Shown here piece after piece: positions 23,544 to 35,129 of a DNA stretch of 64,000 bases. Origin of the DNA: Amoebophrya sp. A120 (lineage: Eukaryota > Protista > Dinoflagellata). The translations under genes were made by a program, and so were the position numbers. Below the pieces are notes generated by a model. That model had not been told where the DNA came from. It ran no database searches and was given only the letters and a program-made list of their open reading frames with translations. Within the stretch, counting starts at the first letter, position 1. Every line of letters begins with the position of its first letter. The stretch lies in the NCBI GenBank assembly GCA_905178155.1, contig CAJINV010000012.1, positions 2,519,407-2,583,406 on the forward strand, given 5' to 3'.

Positions 23544-24628
23544 GACCCCGCCAGGCAACTTATTTCTCGTGGTAGCCACCATTCGACTTCCACTGTAACT
23601 AAAAGCGCAGACGGAGACGCCTCCGAAAACTATCGGTGGGTTCAGAGTTTGAATTGTAGTAGTAGTCCTTCGTAGTACTAGTAGCAAACAAAGTAGTCTT
23701 GCTTTTTTTACAAAAAAATGATTTGTTCGTTCCAGGCCAGAAGAAAATTAAAATTTGCATAGAATACTTATTCTGTGCGCTAGATCAGATTCGCTCCCAA
23801 TGCAACAAAATAAAGTAAAAAAGCAGAAGGATGAGAGACTTTGACTTGGTGGACGAAGGGTTTTACAACCCGGGGATAAGGATATCTCTCTTTTGATTAA
23901 TGGCGTCAATCGCTCCTGATGGAAATGAATTCTACTGCCTGTATTTCAACATCTATTTCTATACAGATGCTTGGGCACCCATGCTTGATCGAGGCAAGGC
24001 CTTCGAATAAGAGTATACTCGCACAATAGAATTATCGGCGATCGAATTTATTTCCGACGAGATGGATCCTTGGATTATGCAGTCGCCATTTGAAGAACTT
24101 TTATACCGATTTATGTGAAGAACTTTTTTCCCGTTTTCATCTTCCTTGGTCGTTTATACTTGAACGAAAGCAAACATTTGAGGCTGAAGATCCTGGATTG
24201 AAGTTGAACCGAAGAGCTGCAAGATCGATGAATCGAGCAAAGATCATCCTCATTTTATAAACGTTTCAAACTACTCGTGCAATCTGCAAATCACTTGTGC
24301 GAAACCGATCTGAACGAAAACGCTTCTTTCTAACGACAATTAATGACAATTAATATGAATTCAATACGCCAACCACAGCACTATCTGCGACCACGACTTC
24401 CGTCTTTCTGCTTTTTTCCAACAAAGGGGAGACGAACCACTGCAAGAGCGGTCGTATAATCCTTATGGTCGCCATCGACGCGAGGATCGGGATCGCTCCC
24501 AGATGTAGCTTCTCTGAAGAACTAACAGCACTGAGCGCGGTGTAATCAATATCAAGCGCACCGCTGTGTGGTCGCCAACCATAATATACGATTGTTCTAT
24601 CCCCAGAGAAAACAACGCTGTTGGAAGT

Positions 24629-27336
24629 TTATACTTTTCTTCCCTTCCCTTCACCTACATCCCCGGCTTGATGTTCCATTCCACGAAGCAACAGGTCCTC
24701 CATCACCGCCGACCAAGCGTGGTCCCGCCGGTTGACGCAAAAAATATCTTCCACCGCCGGCACTACCGGGACATTTTCCGGACAACTACTGTGGTCCTCT
24801 CGGTTTTTCATCTTATTAGTACCCTCATAACACGCATGCCAGCAGGGGCTCGGAGACAACGCGTAGACCCTCAGTTCTGGTTCTGCTGGGGACGTCGAAT
24901 GAGCAGGAGGAACATCATTATTTTCATCATCCTCCGACAAAGAAGTAGATACAACAGCTGCTCCTGCACTATCAACCACGTCCACAATGAAGCAGCGAAA
25001 TCTATGGGGTTCTCAAACGTTACACTCTCAACTGTTACATGAATTTGTCATGCAAAAACACCATCATCATCCTCACGATCGAGCTGCTCCGCATGACAAA
25101 TCTGCGAAGGGCTAAGCCGCGCCTAAATCTGCGCCAAACTTGTAATGCAGAAGGCGCAATCTTCCTCCTTTCACTTTTGCCTGTCTTGCATTATAAATTC
25201 ATGTAACAGTTGAGAATGTAACATTTGAGAACTCCATAAAATCCCGCCTCCTCCCACAAGAGTTTCGTTTCTCTTTCCAAGGTCGTGTATTCCCAGACGC
25301 CTCGCGTATGCTTCTCAAACACCAGGAAGCGGACCAGCTTTGTTAGCAGCCGGGTCTTGTCCTCCCGGAGGGATTGCAGCACAGCAGGGTCTATGCATAG
25401 CAAAAGTATCGTACTCGTATAAATGCATATACAAATTTCCCCAGCATAAGAAATACGGATTTACCTTAAGAAAAAAATTTGTAATGCATGATTGCAATAC
25501 GAGTACCATACAGATACTTTATTTGCAATTCATAGGGTCATACCCCTCGGTGTCAATGCGGAGGAGATCCACCGCAAATCCGTCCGACACAACCGCCGCT
25601 GTGTTTTTTGGTTTTTTTCCATCAACATGATCGCCCTCATCTCGTCCGGCTACAACTAGACTGTTTTCCACCTCATCTGTCCTCTCTTCTAATTTCCGCA
25701 TCCGCTTCAGCCTTTGGAGCATCTCCACGGCGGAGTGCGTCGGCACGCGATTGTGAGAAGCGCGCGCACAACTTTCGTACCGCTGGAGTGCTTATCAAAT
25801 GCAAAAATGTCTGGGTCTGGAAACTTGTGCTGCAAACCAGGGAATAGTGGGCACACTGTCATACGTGGCCAAGCATGACAAGTTTTTGAGCTGCTATGTG
25901 TAGCGTATTCCGCATGGCAGAGTGCGCTTTTTCATCTCAGACACATCGATTTTTTTGCATTGCACCCACGCATGACAGAGTTCCGCGTCATGTTAGACGA
26001 GCATGACAAATCTAGCAATCTTCCAGACTCGGACATATTTGCAATTCATAGCGCTTTCGGCGAGCGGGAACGAAAGTCGAGACAGGACCCGATATGCAGA
26101 TCCTGCTGCCCGGCGTACCGCGTGCTGTTGGGCCACTGGCTATCCACAGTAAATTTCCCGTACACGTACAGATGCGGTCTCCGCATGACAAATTTTGCCT
26201 TCGATCCTAATTTAGCATGACAAGTTTTACGCTCTAAATTGGTGAAATTTGTGATGCATCTTCGTACATGTACGGGAAATTTGTATTGCATACTGGCGCC
26301 AGATGCCGGACCCAGCTTCGTTGGAAACCGCCGCACGGAAAACGGAGAAGTTCAGGTTTTTTTTCCTCGTGGTCTCGCTCCAGCGAGCAGAGGGAGTTCT
26401 GCTAGTAGTTGCACCGTGTGAAGACGAGGAGGAGGAGGGCGACGAGGTGGAAGACGCAGCACCAGTTGCTTGTTTCCTGTTGTTCACTTCTTCCAGAAAC
26501 GCTGTTACGAACCGAGTATTGGAAGGCAAGGGCTCCACGCAAATTCCTTCGGGCTGCGGCTGCTCCTGCTGCATACCAGCAGTACTAGCGCGATTTATTT
26601 CATCTTTGTCTTCACCTTCCCCAACGTGTCTCGGAGATGAATTTGAATACCGGTCCAGAAACTCTGCCCCGGCTTCCAGCTCGTCCACCGAAGTTATCAC
26701 ATACGGAGAGCCAAGTTTTACAACTTCTTCGTCTTCAGGTGAACCACTGGTAGCTGTTTCATCCAGACCTTTTTCTTGATGGTGCTTCTTGCCGAATTCG
26801 ACGTATTTTTTCAGGATTTCAGGCAACGTGCTATCGTCACTAAGAGCCCGCATCGCCAATAGCACTTCCACACCCAGGTTGCAACCAATCTGGAGAACTC
26901 GAATCGGCCTCGTCGAAAGTGGTCGCTGCTTGTGGTTGTTGTGAAGGTGAGCGACCTGCGCCGGCGCGGTGGACGAGACGTCGAGCCCCGATTCATTTTT
27001 GTTGTTCATCTCCGCGCTACTTCTTTTGAGTTTTACCAGCAACAGAGATTCCGCGTGTCCCGACAGAGACTGCATGCGGGCAGTCTTCGACTTGGTCAGG
27101 GTGAGAGGAGCGCCGCAATTGATATCGTGATCGTGAAGAAGAAGTTGTTCTCCAAATGCTCCGGCGGTCGCGGCTGTCGCTGTGGCATTTGAGGTAGAGC
27201 TGTCGTCGACGTGTTGTTGGAGGCCCGGAACAACTTCTACAACGACTAGTAGTAGGCTGCAAAAGAAGCTGCGAGAACTTGTTCCCAGCAGTACAATCCT
27301 CCTGAGCGGCGCAAACGGCCTCGACAGGAAGAACAT
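24629..27336 (-). CDS. FkbM-type (Methyltransf_21) SAM-dependent methyltransferase with low-complexity inserts, 4 introners
   Basis: VLQIGCNLG, ICVEPLPSN, FRAAVSN, VDLLRIDTEGYDPAVL, FLVFE, GFRCF after in-frame joining. Confidence 0.75.
25003..25238. mobile_element. Introner, family I
   Basis: Direct repeat AAATC. Confidence 0.92.
25392..25534. mobile_element. Introner, family B
   Basis: Direct repeat GGGTC; frame restored (GYD-PAV). Confidence 0.9.
25793..26050. mobile_element. Introner, family A
   Basis: Direct repeat GTGCT/GCGCT. Confidence 0.88.
26141..26292. mobile_element. Introner, family E (TIR core AAATTTCCCGTACA.GTACA)
   Basis: Direct repeat CTGGC. Confidence 0.9.
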
Positions 27337-27700
27337 GATGCGCGACCACGCGGGTTTCGTTCAGGTTCACCTCAGAGGAACATGATGAATTTATTCTATT
27401 CGGCGCTTTCGCCTCAGAATATCCTTTTACGGCCCTGCATTCTCATTATCGCCTGGATTGGTACTCTGTCTGCTGCTGAGATCGATTGAAAAGATTGCGC
27501 TGCTGATGTAGAAGAAGAAGAAGAAGAGGACGACGATGATGACAAAGTAGAACTATTTCTGTAGTTGAAGCTGTTGCTGTCATTTGTGGTTTGGGAGGTA
27601 CTACATAGCTGCTGCTGATCTAGAAGTCGTGGTAGTAGTGGAAGATGATAAAGATGAAGACGATGACGAAGATGCAGAAGAGGCAGGGACTACTGATCCT

Positions 27701-28942
27701 GCGGCGCCGTAGCGCACTCCGCGCGTTATGTCTCTCCAGAGGATTCTATCCAGGCAGTCGCGAACTGTTGCCCTTTTCTTGATCAAATTTTTGTTGATCT
27801 CTGCTATCCACGTCGTCGTTGCGGCCTGGCCGCGTTGGGTCTTTTTTACTGTCGCGGAAAGCATTACTTTTGTCCACCTGTCATCTGGTGGGTAGCGCAC
27901 GACGTGGCCGAAGTAGCGCAGCCGGCGCTCGCGGATTTTTTCTGAGCGCGGGCGGCCGCTCTTGCAGTTTGGAATGGATTTTGCTTGTTTCTATGTGATC
28001 GGATTTTGTTACTCCCAAGCAATGCCGCAGCTTTTTATTCCGCCACGTGTTGAGCGCCAGCTCGTCGCTTTGTCGCAAAGTCCATGTCTCACACCCCCAG
28101 GCCACGACCGGGTATATGAAAGCGTTCAAAGTGCGGACCTTCAGTGCGAGCGGGCGCGAGGCTGCGGCTGTTGAAGACCTTCGACAGCTCGCCGGACTTC
28201 TTTTGCGCTAGTTGTATCCGCTGCTTTGTGTCCTTTTCGTCCAGGCCATCCTCGGAAATGAGCGAGCCCAAGTACGAGAACTCGGGGACCCGCTCGATTT
28301 TACTTCCTTCTACTTCTAAAACCGCTACGCTTTGGTCGTGCGGCGTGTTGAAACTCATGAGCTTCGCTTTTTTGAAGTTCACCTGCAGCCCGAAGCCCGC
28401 GGGTTTTTCGCAAAGGGTTTTTGTTGTGGCTTTCAGCTCATCTAGAGATTGCGAAAAAGCTGCAAGGTCGTCGGCGTACAGAAGATGGCCTAGCTGCATG
28501 GTGTGCAGGCTTTCGCTTGCGTCCAGGAGTCTGCCGCGCGTAAAGTGTAGCCCCTCCCCCAAGTCCACTCTATCTAAAACGTACTGGAGGCACAAGTTGA
28601 AAATCAACGGAGACAGCAGGCAGTCCTGTTTTGTGCCTGTTTTGGTTTCGGTTTTGCTGCTGTGCTCGCCCTCCCTTTTTACCGCGAAACTGTGCCCGTC
28701 GTACAGGGCCCAAAACCGGCCCCGCGTGTGTTGCGGCGTTTCGTAATGCTGCATCGCTTGCGCGATTAGCGTGCGCGGGACGGTATCGAACGCCTGCGCA
28801 AGGTCGATGAAAAGCGCGCGCATTTCCTTGCCCGCCTTTTTCTTTGTGGTTTTGGATCGCGATCCGTAGCGCCAGCGTATTATCTATCGCCCGCCGGTAA
28901 CTGCGAAAGCCTGCCTGGTTTTCTGACAAAATGCCATCAACC
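27701..28942 (-). mobile_element. 5'-truncated, frameshifted non-LTR retrotransposon (RTE-like reverse transcriptase)
   Basis: SENQAGFR, FIDLAQAFDTVPR, GTKQDCLLSP, LLYADDL, FSYLGS, WGCETWTL spread over several frames. Confidence 0.88.
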
Positions 28943-30624
28943 TCAGAGGAACATAGTCAAAAAATTATGGACACGATACCGCAATCCATGTTGACGGCGC
29001 TTGTGCAAAAACACACTCGCGACTACAACGAATTTCTGTAGAAGTTTTACTGTATTTATTGTTTACTCAGAAAGTTTTGCGCGCACAACCACGAGCCGAG
29101 AACCAGTTGTAGTGGACAAAAATATATGGTCCAACGTTCGTATAATGTAGTAGGTGGAGATCTTCAGAACTGTTGCGCCGGCCGCAACAGGTGTGCTCCT
29201 GCAGCAGCATGTTCTTGCACCTGGCGGAGTAGTTGAAGTTCCCCGTGTAGGTCAAGCCACTCGCACTCCATGAAGAAGCTACTTACGCGCTTCAACAACA
29301 CAAATTTCAATTTGCTGTTTTCAACAAGAATTCAGATTCATCTTCTGCGCATAGCTTCATTGCGCAAAGGGAAACACGACCGACACAGATGACTCACTCC
29401 GCGAGGTCTCCGGACCAACGACACCTAGCGTGGTCGTCGTACCTTGGCATTGTTAATACAACGATGACATCTTCACGTATCAACAACAAGACGAGCTGTG
29501 TAGTTTGCGAACAAGACGTAGAACCACTACAACAACAGAGCCGGGGCAAGCAGACCCAGAACCATCGACGAGCAATTTACGATTTTTTCCCGACAGATGA
29601 TTCAAAGAAATCGAACTACGAGCAGTCCTGCTTCTTGCAATGACGGAAAGAGCAGTGGTCGCATTTCCGTTTCTTTCAACTACCAACCATAAGCCTTTTA
29701 ATGTCCTTGCAAATGTACTTCGTCTAATACTGTTACTGTAACATCGCACACTTAGGGCGGTTAAACATAAACTAAATAGAGCTTTCTTGAAAACTAAAAA
29801 TGAGTGTGATACAAAAAAAAGCGTCTGCGTCGATCTACTACTACACGTACTCTACTTCTTGGTGTTCTCACAGGAACGTGGTGCTTTGTTGAGCAGTTCT
29901 AGTTGTACGGAGAGGGGAAGGAGGAAAATAAAACATGCTTTTATGCTATATCTGAAAGCGGATTGTAGTCGAATCAAGATGTTGAATCGCGGAGCTTGTA
30001 GTTTCCCCTTTCTGGATCATGGAGGTGCTTCTCGTTCTTCTCGCGCGGAAAACTTTACTTAAATATAGGACTAGCGGTGGCGCTGGCGCTCGATGAAACC
30101 ATGTTACATGATTTTATTTCAAATAACAATAAGAGCAGGGAAGAATGTTAAGCCTGATGGGGGCTTCAACGACGTGTGTCTGTGTACACTGAAATTCGCG
30201 AAAAACATGCGACTGTGCAGCACTGTCGACGTCCCTGCGAGCTGCGATAATCTAGACAGGTGAAGCTGCAAATTGTGATTTTCACTAGAAACACGACCTG
30301 CTCCTTCCGCCTCGTCCACATCAGTAGCAGCCCGCTCCTTTTGCTCTTCCTTGCATAGGAACCCCTGGTGTAGAAGAAGGCTCCGTCTAACAGGAGGTCG
30401 ACCCTGCTGGCGCAGCTCCTGATAGATACGACTACAATAGCAATAGGTAAAAAAGCAAGCACACTGCACTAGTACTGGTAGATAGAAGTTAGTAAAAGGG
30501 GGAACTTCGTCGATTTGATTGCAGTAGGCTGATCTCTATATCCGGGCCTTCTTCATCATGGGAGGTGTGAAGGAAAAGACCACGACGTCGACTGTCCTTT
30601 ACTTCGAAATAAATTTGTTGTTTC

Positions 30625-33600
30625 TCACACCAGCCCAAATTTTGCCTTTTCGGCGTCCGTGGCCCCGGGCGGGGCTTCTTCCATTTCCGCGAGCGCCTTT
30701 TCCCCCGTCTGGTAGTACTGCAGATGGTCGGTCCCGTAGCCCATGTAGGGAAATTGTCTTATCCACAGGGTTCTGTTCTGCATGATGAGCAGCGACCACT
30801 GCGCTATGCCGGAGAATTTCATACCCTTGTTTTGCGGCTTCTTGTCGGGCGGAAACCCGATCACGTTGTTCACCTGCTTCCACGCCGTCGGCCCCTCCAC
30901 GAGCGGAAACGCGCGCGAGCAGAACCAGGGCAGGTCCTTGCACTCCCTTTATCCACAGTAAATTTGTTCCCGTACACGTGCAAACGCGGTCGCTGCATGG
31001 CAACACTTGTCTTCTTTCCTAGTGTAGCATGACAAGTTTTATTACACTCCAAATGTGATGCATCTTGTACATGTACGGGAAATTTGTATTGCATATCCGC
31101 TTGAGAAAGACCATGGTTTTGAACAAGGCCTCCGCCTCCTCCTTTTTCAGGCCCGTGACCGCCTTGATTTTGGGGTCCCCCTTCTCCGGGACCTCCTCAG
31201 CGGGTTCCGGGAGGTCGGCGTGGGATTGCACGTATAATTTCCGCAACCCGCTGCACATGGGTTTGCGGCAGCAATTATGCAGTGCAAAAAGATCGTACTC
31301 GTACGCATGACAAATCTTGATCTTCTTCCTAAGGTAAAACAGCATTACAAATTCCATTTCTAATGCCGAGGGAATTATTTGATGTCATGCTATTACTATA
31401 CATTATATTCATGCGAAAAAAGAGGTAGACAGAGGGTCCCAGAGAGGTGGCCGAGAGGTAAAAAAGAGGTCGACAGAGGTAGAAAAGAGGTCGACAGAGG
31501 TGGAGAGGTGGCGCGGGACCCCGTTCGAGAGGGTGCGCGAGAGGGTGCGCGAATAAGGCCCGCAGTAAGCGCCCACCCTTAGGCGCCGCCTAAGTGGCAC
31601 AGAGGGTGCAGAGAGGTCAAAAAGAGGGGGCGCGAGAGGGGGACAGAGGTGGAGAGAGGTTGCGCGAATAAGGGGCGACCTCTCGCGGACCCTCTTGGCC
31701 ACCTCTCGGCCACCTCTGTCGACCTCTCCCCGCGAGTATAGCCGGACTATTAGCGGGGACCCCCAAAAGAGGTCAAAAAGAGGGTCTGCGAGAGGTCTGC
31801 GAGAGGGTAAAAACACAAAGAAGCGGGCGCGAATCCGCATGGTGCTACCCATATTTGGCATTGCAGGCCATTCGCGGACTTGTTTGGCTCGGCGCCTTTC
31901 CGCGCCACCCTCTCGCGCCACCCTCTCGCGCACCCTCTCGCGCACCCTCTCGCGCACCCTCTCGCGCCACCCTCTCGCGCCACCCTCTCGCGCCACCCTC
32001 TCGCGCCACCCTCTCGCGCCACCCTCTCGCGCACCCTCTCGCGCCACCCTCTCGCGCCACCCTCCCGCGCCACCCTCTCGCGCTACCCTCTCCCGTCGGG
32101 CGGCTTCTGTTCGCCCCCGTTGTTCTTTGCAGCTGCTCCCTGCGCAGAGCGCCTACAGGCGCGGGAAGCGCGCAAGTGGTCCTGAGGGTTGGCGCGGCGC
32201 AAACCGGGGGCAGGAATCCAGTATGTTTCGTTTTGCATAGGCCCGTGGGGTTGTGGTCCGATCGGCAAGCAGTCTTGCCCCGGCCCAACAGCCTTGCGCT
32301 CCGGCGGCAGCCGGAGCATGGCTGGTTTATACTAGTACGAAACTTTTGCAGTTCATAGCAGTCCGCCACGGCGGCGATGAATTGCAGGTACTCCGCCTCC
32401 GTGCAGGTTTTGGTTTTTCCGGTCACGTATGAACTGCAAAAGTGTCTGGGTCGGTAATGCTAAAAGTGAATGATAAACGCACTGCAATACGCAGCTATGC
32501 ATGACAAATTTTTTGGCTGCCATGTCTTACGTATTCCGCATGGCAAACTGCGTTTTTGCATGACAGGTAAGAGGGCCTTTTCGTGGCTATGCAACACAGA
32601 TTCTCGAGTCATGCCAGACAAGCATGACAAACTTGCACTCTTCCAGACCCAGACATTTTTACAGGTGATATCACGTCGGGCTTCACCAGGATCGCACAGT
32701 AGTTGGCGTCGCGCATGGTCGTCTGCACCTTCTCCACGTCCGTAATGTCGCCCTCGATGATTTCCAGGAGTTCCGGCATGGCCAGCATCCAATGCAAAAA
32801 ATGTTGTGTCCGGGTCGTCAGATTTGTGTTGCTGACCCTCGCATCACAGAGTTGTTGTACCCACCCGTACTACGGCATATAATCAGCATGAGAAGTTAGT
32901 TTCACCAGGCTTGTTGCAGATACAGATTCATTTGCAACCAATGCGAGAGACTGGCTTCGCATGACAAAAAACTGGCGTGGCTAATTATCGCACTCATGCA
33001 TCACAAATCCTTGCTGTCCTTCAAATTTCGCATCACAAATCCAGACCCAGATCGACATTTGTTGCAATGCATAGCCAGACAGTCCGGGGTGATTTTGTCC
33101 ACCACCGACCGGCTGCATATGGCGTTCTCAAGCGTCACGTTCTCAACTATTACATGAACTTGTAATGCAAGAACAGCAAGAACAACCGAAGAGGCTGAGG
33201 CAAGATGCTGCTTTCGCATCACAGATTTGGCACAGATTTACGTCCTGTTTAGCCCTTCCCAAATTTGTCATGCGAAGCAGGTTGATCATCTGCCGGCTTA
33301 AGGTACTTTTGCATGACAAATTCATGTAACAGTTGAGAAGGTAACCGATTTGAGAGTCCCATACTGCAATTCTGCGGGCGCTCCTCCTCTAAATGCGCTC
33401 CGAACAAGATGTATCCTGTACAAAAGTATCGTACTCGTATAATTGCAATCATGCATTACGAATCTTTTTGTCAAGGTAAATCTGCATTACAAATTTTATT
33501 TCTCATGCTGAGGAAATTTGTAATGCATTTGTACGAGTACGATACTTTTGCAGTTCATAAGATGTCGTCGAGCCCGGGCAACTGCGCACGGGTCTTCACC

Positions 33601-35129
33601 TTGGGCGGCTCGTAGCCCGGCGGCTTCTTGTCCAGCTCCTCCTGCTGCTGTTGTAGCTTGTCCTTGCTGCGGCAAAAGGCGCGGACCTATTCAGGTGATG
33701 AATTTTTACGGCTTGTTTCTTTGCTGCATGATCTTCTTGTTTCATGGAGAAGGAGATCGTGACAAGAACGAGAATCATGAAAAAAAAAAAACAAACTCAT
33801 TAATGTTGACTTTAACGGAGATAATGTAGTTTGGGCTGAGAGCGATGACAGCGGGACCGTTCGTTTTACAGTTCCTGCGCACTATTGAAGATTGCCCTTA
33901 GCTGTGGGTGTCACCCACAGCCCTTCTACATGAAGATTGTTCTACTTCACATTCATTTTTGCAACGCCAGGTGTCTTATTACCCTAAAAATCCCGGACTG
34001 CAGCGCGTTTCGGACCATCCACTGCCCCGTCCGGCTAGTGGCTCCGTAGATGACCAGCAACTGTTTCTCCAGTTTCCATGGTTCGTATGAGAGTGCACAA
34101 CTCCGCTCCCCCTGATTTGTCATGCAAAGTACCTAGCTTACGTCTTGCCTCTTGGCTCTATCTGCATGGCAAGTTCTGGCAGTCCAAATAGAACTACACT
34201 CCTGTCCAAATCTGTCATGCAAAACGTGTACTCTTGTTGACGCTTGTATTGCTCTTCATGCAATACAAATGAGGGGAAGCAGGGGGAGTTGTGCACTCTC
34301 ATAGTTCGTGCGGGGGTGGCTCCGCCGCGATGTCCGACCGGGGGGTCAAGTTGGGCGTGGGCGGCTGGTATCAAGTGCACATATGTCTGGGTCTGGACTG
34401 TCATGCACATTTTGCATGACCCCTGATGTCTGTGATGCATGCCCTAGCATCACAGATTCTGTGGGGGCTTCCTGATGCCTATACCGCGTGAGAAATGCCC
34501 ATTCGCCGTGGCAAAAACTGGACCTCTTTTGCTGTTTATGCAATACAGATTTATCTAGAGTCCAAATCCAGCATCACAAGTTGCATCCTTCCTTCCAGCC
34601 CTCCCAGACATATTTGCAATGCATAGCTGGTAGACCTTCGAAGAAAAATGCACCGGGGACTCGCCGTCAAAATCGTGCCCCTGCTTCGGGATGGTCTTCA
34701 CGCTTTGGGTGGATATCGTGAGGAAAAATCCCCCCTCCCCATACCAAAAAGGGGCACTCACACTTCTCAAAATTTGTGATGCTGATTTGTGGCCACAAGT
34801 CGTCTCTGTATTGCAAGAAGGCCAATCCGCCGGCTCCGGAGACTCCGCCACATTGTGCGGGCGGTTTGTGATGCTACGGGGCCTACAGAGTACAACATAT
34901 TTGCCATGCTACGAGCCTACGTCAAAACCCTTCTACTTAGGGTTAGGCTTGGTATGGGCCTGCAGTCCCCTACTGCGAGACAGACCTGATTTGTGTACGC
35001 AAATCCAGCATGAGATGAAACTTCCTTTTGATATGGGGAGGGGGGATTTTTCTTTTTCATAGTGGAGCCTCGCTTCTTGCTGGTCGTCAGGTCGTCCCCC
35101 TGCAACGGGTTCCCGTCCTGGTCCGCCAT
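30625..35129 (-). CDS. NAD(P)-binding protein (NAD_binding_10/flavin reductase-like), 9 introners plus 1 canonical intron
   Basis: ATG 35129; LLVIYGATSRTGQWMV..GIFR|VRAFCRSKDKL and LEIIEGDITD; all 10 junctions join in frame. Confidence 0.8.
30950..31095. mobile_element. Introner, family E
   Basis: TIRs clear; flanks diverged (CCCTT/TCCGC) but element plus 5 nt restores frame. Confidence 0.85.
31397..32331. mobile_element. Nested GC-rich foldback/minisatellite insertion
   Basis: Interrupts the B element; flanks CTATTAC/CTAGTAC; AGAGG-rich left arm complementary to CCTCT-rich right arm. Confidence 0.6.
31901..32092 (+). repeat. Minisatellite, ~15 x CGCG(C)CACCCTCT (12-13 bp)
   Basis: Directly visible tandem array. 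Confidence 0.95.
32428..32670. mobile_element. Introner, family A
   Basis: Direct repeat TCACG. Confidence 0.88.
32786..33073. mobile_element. Introner, A-like, diverged
   Basis: Direct repeat GCCAG; left end CAT. Confidence 0.8.
33118..33363. mobile_element. Introner, family I
   Basis: Direct repeat CTGCA. Confidence 0.88.
33412..33559. mobile_element. Introner, family B
   Basis: Direct repeat AGATG. Confidence 0.9.
33687..33982 (-). other. Canonical GT-AG intron
   Basis: AGG|GTAATA...GAATAG|GTC joins GIFR to VRAFCR. Confidence 0.8.
34086..34303. mobile_element. Introner, family D
   Basis: Direct repeat GTTCG. Confidence 0.9.
34369..34625. mobile_element. Introner, family A
   Basis: Direct repeat GCTGG; reverse-complement relative of 3841-4106. 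Confidence 0.88.
34714..35061. mobile_element. Introner, family H
   Basis: Direct repeat GTGGA; opposite orientation to 11688-12009. Confidence 0.9.

Larger units (their letters stand above)
19823..24497. repeat. Tandem segmental duplication, copy 2 (carries 4 introners)
   Basis: Collinear with 16025-19663. Confidence 0.9.
31276..32357. mobile_element. Introner, family B, with a nested ~935-bp insertion
   Basis: B TIRs at both ends, direct repeat GCAAT/GCAGT, frame restored (ADC-CRK). Confidence 0.85.

Noticed and set aside
31409-32426. Overlapping ORFs with ARGWRERVARE-type repeats
   Set aside because: Artefact of a stop-free GC-rich minisatellite inside an intron.
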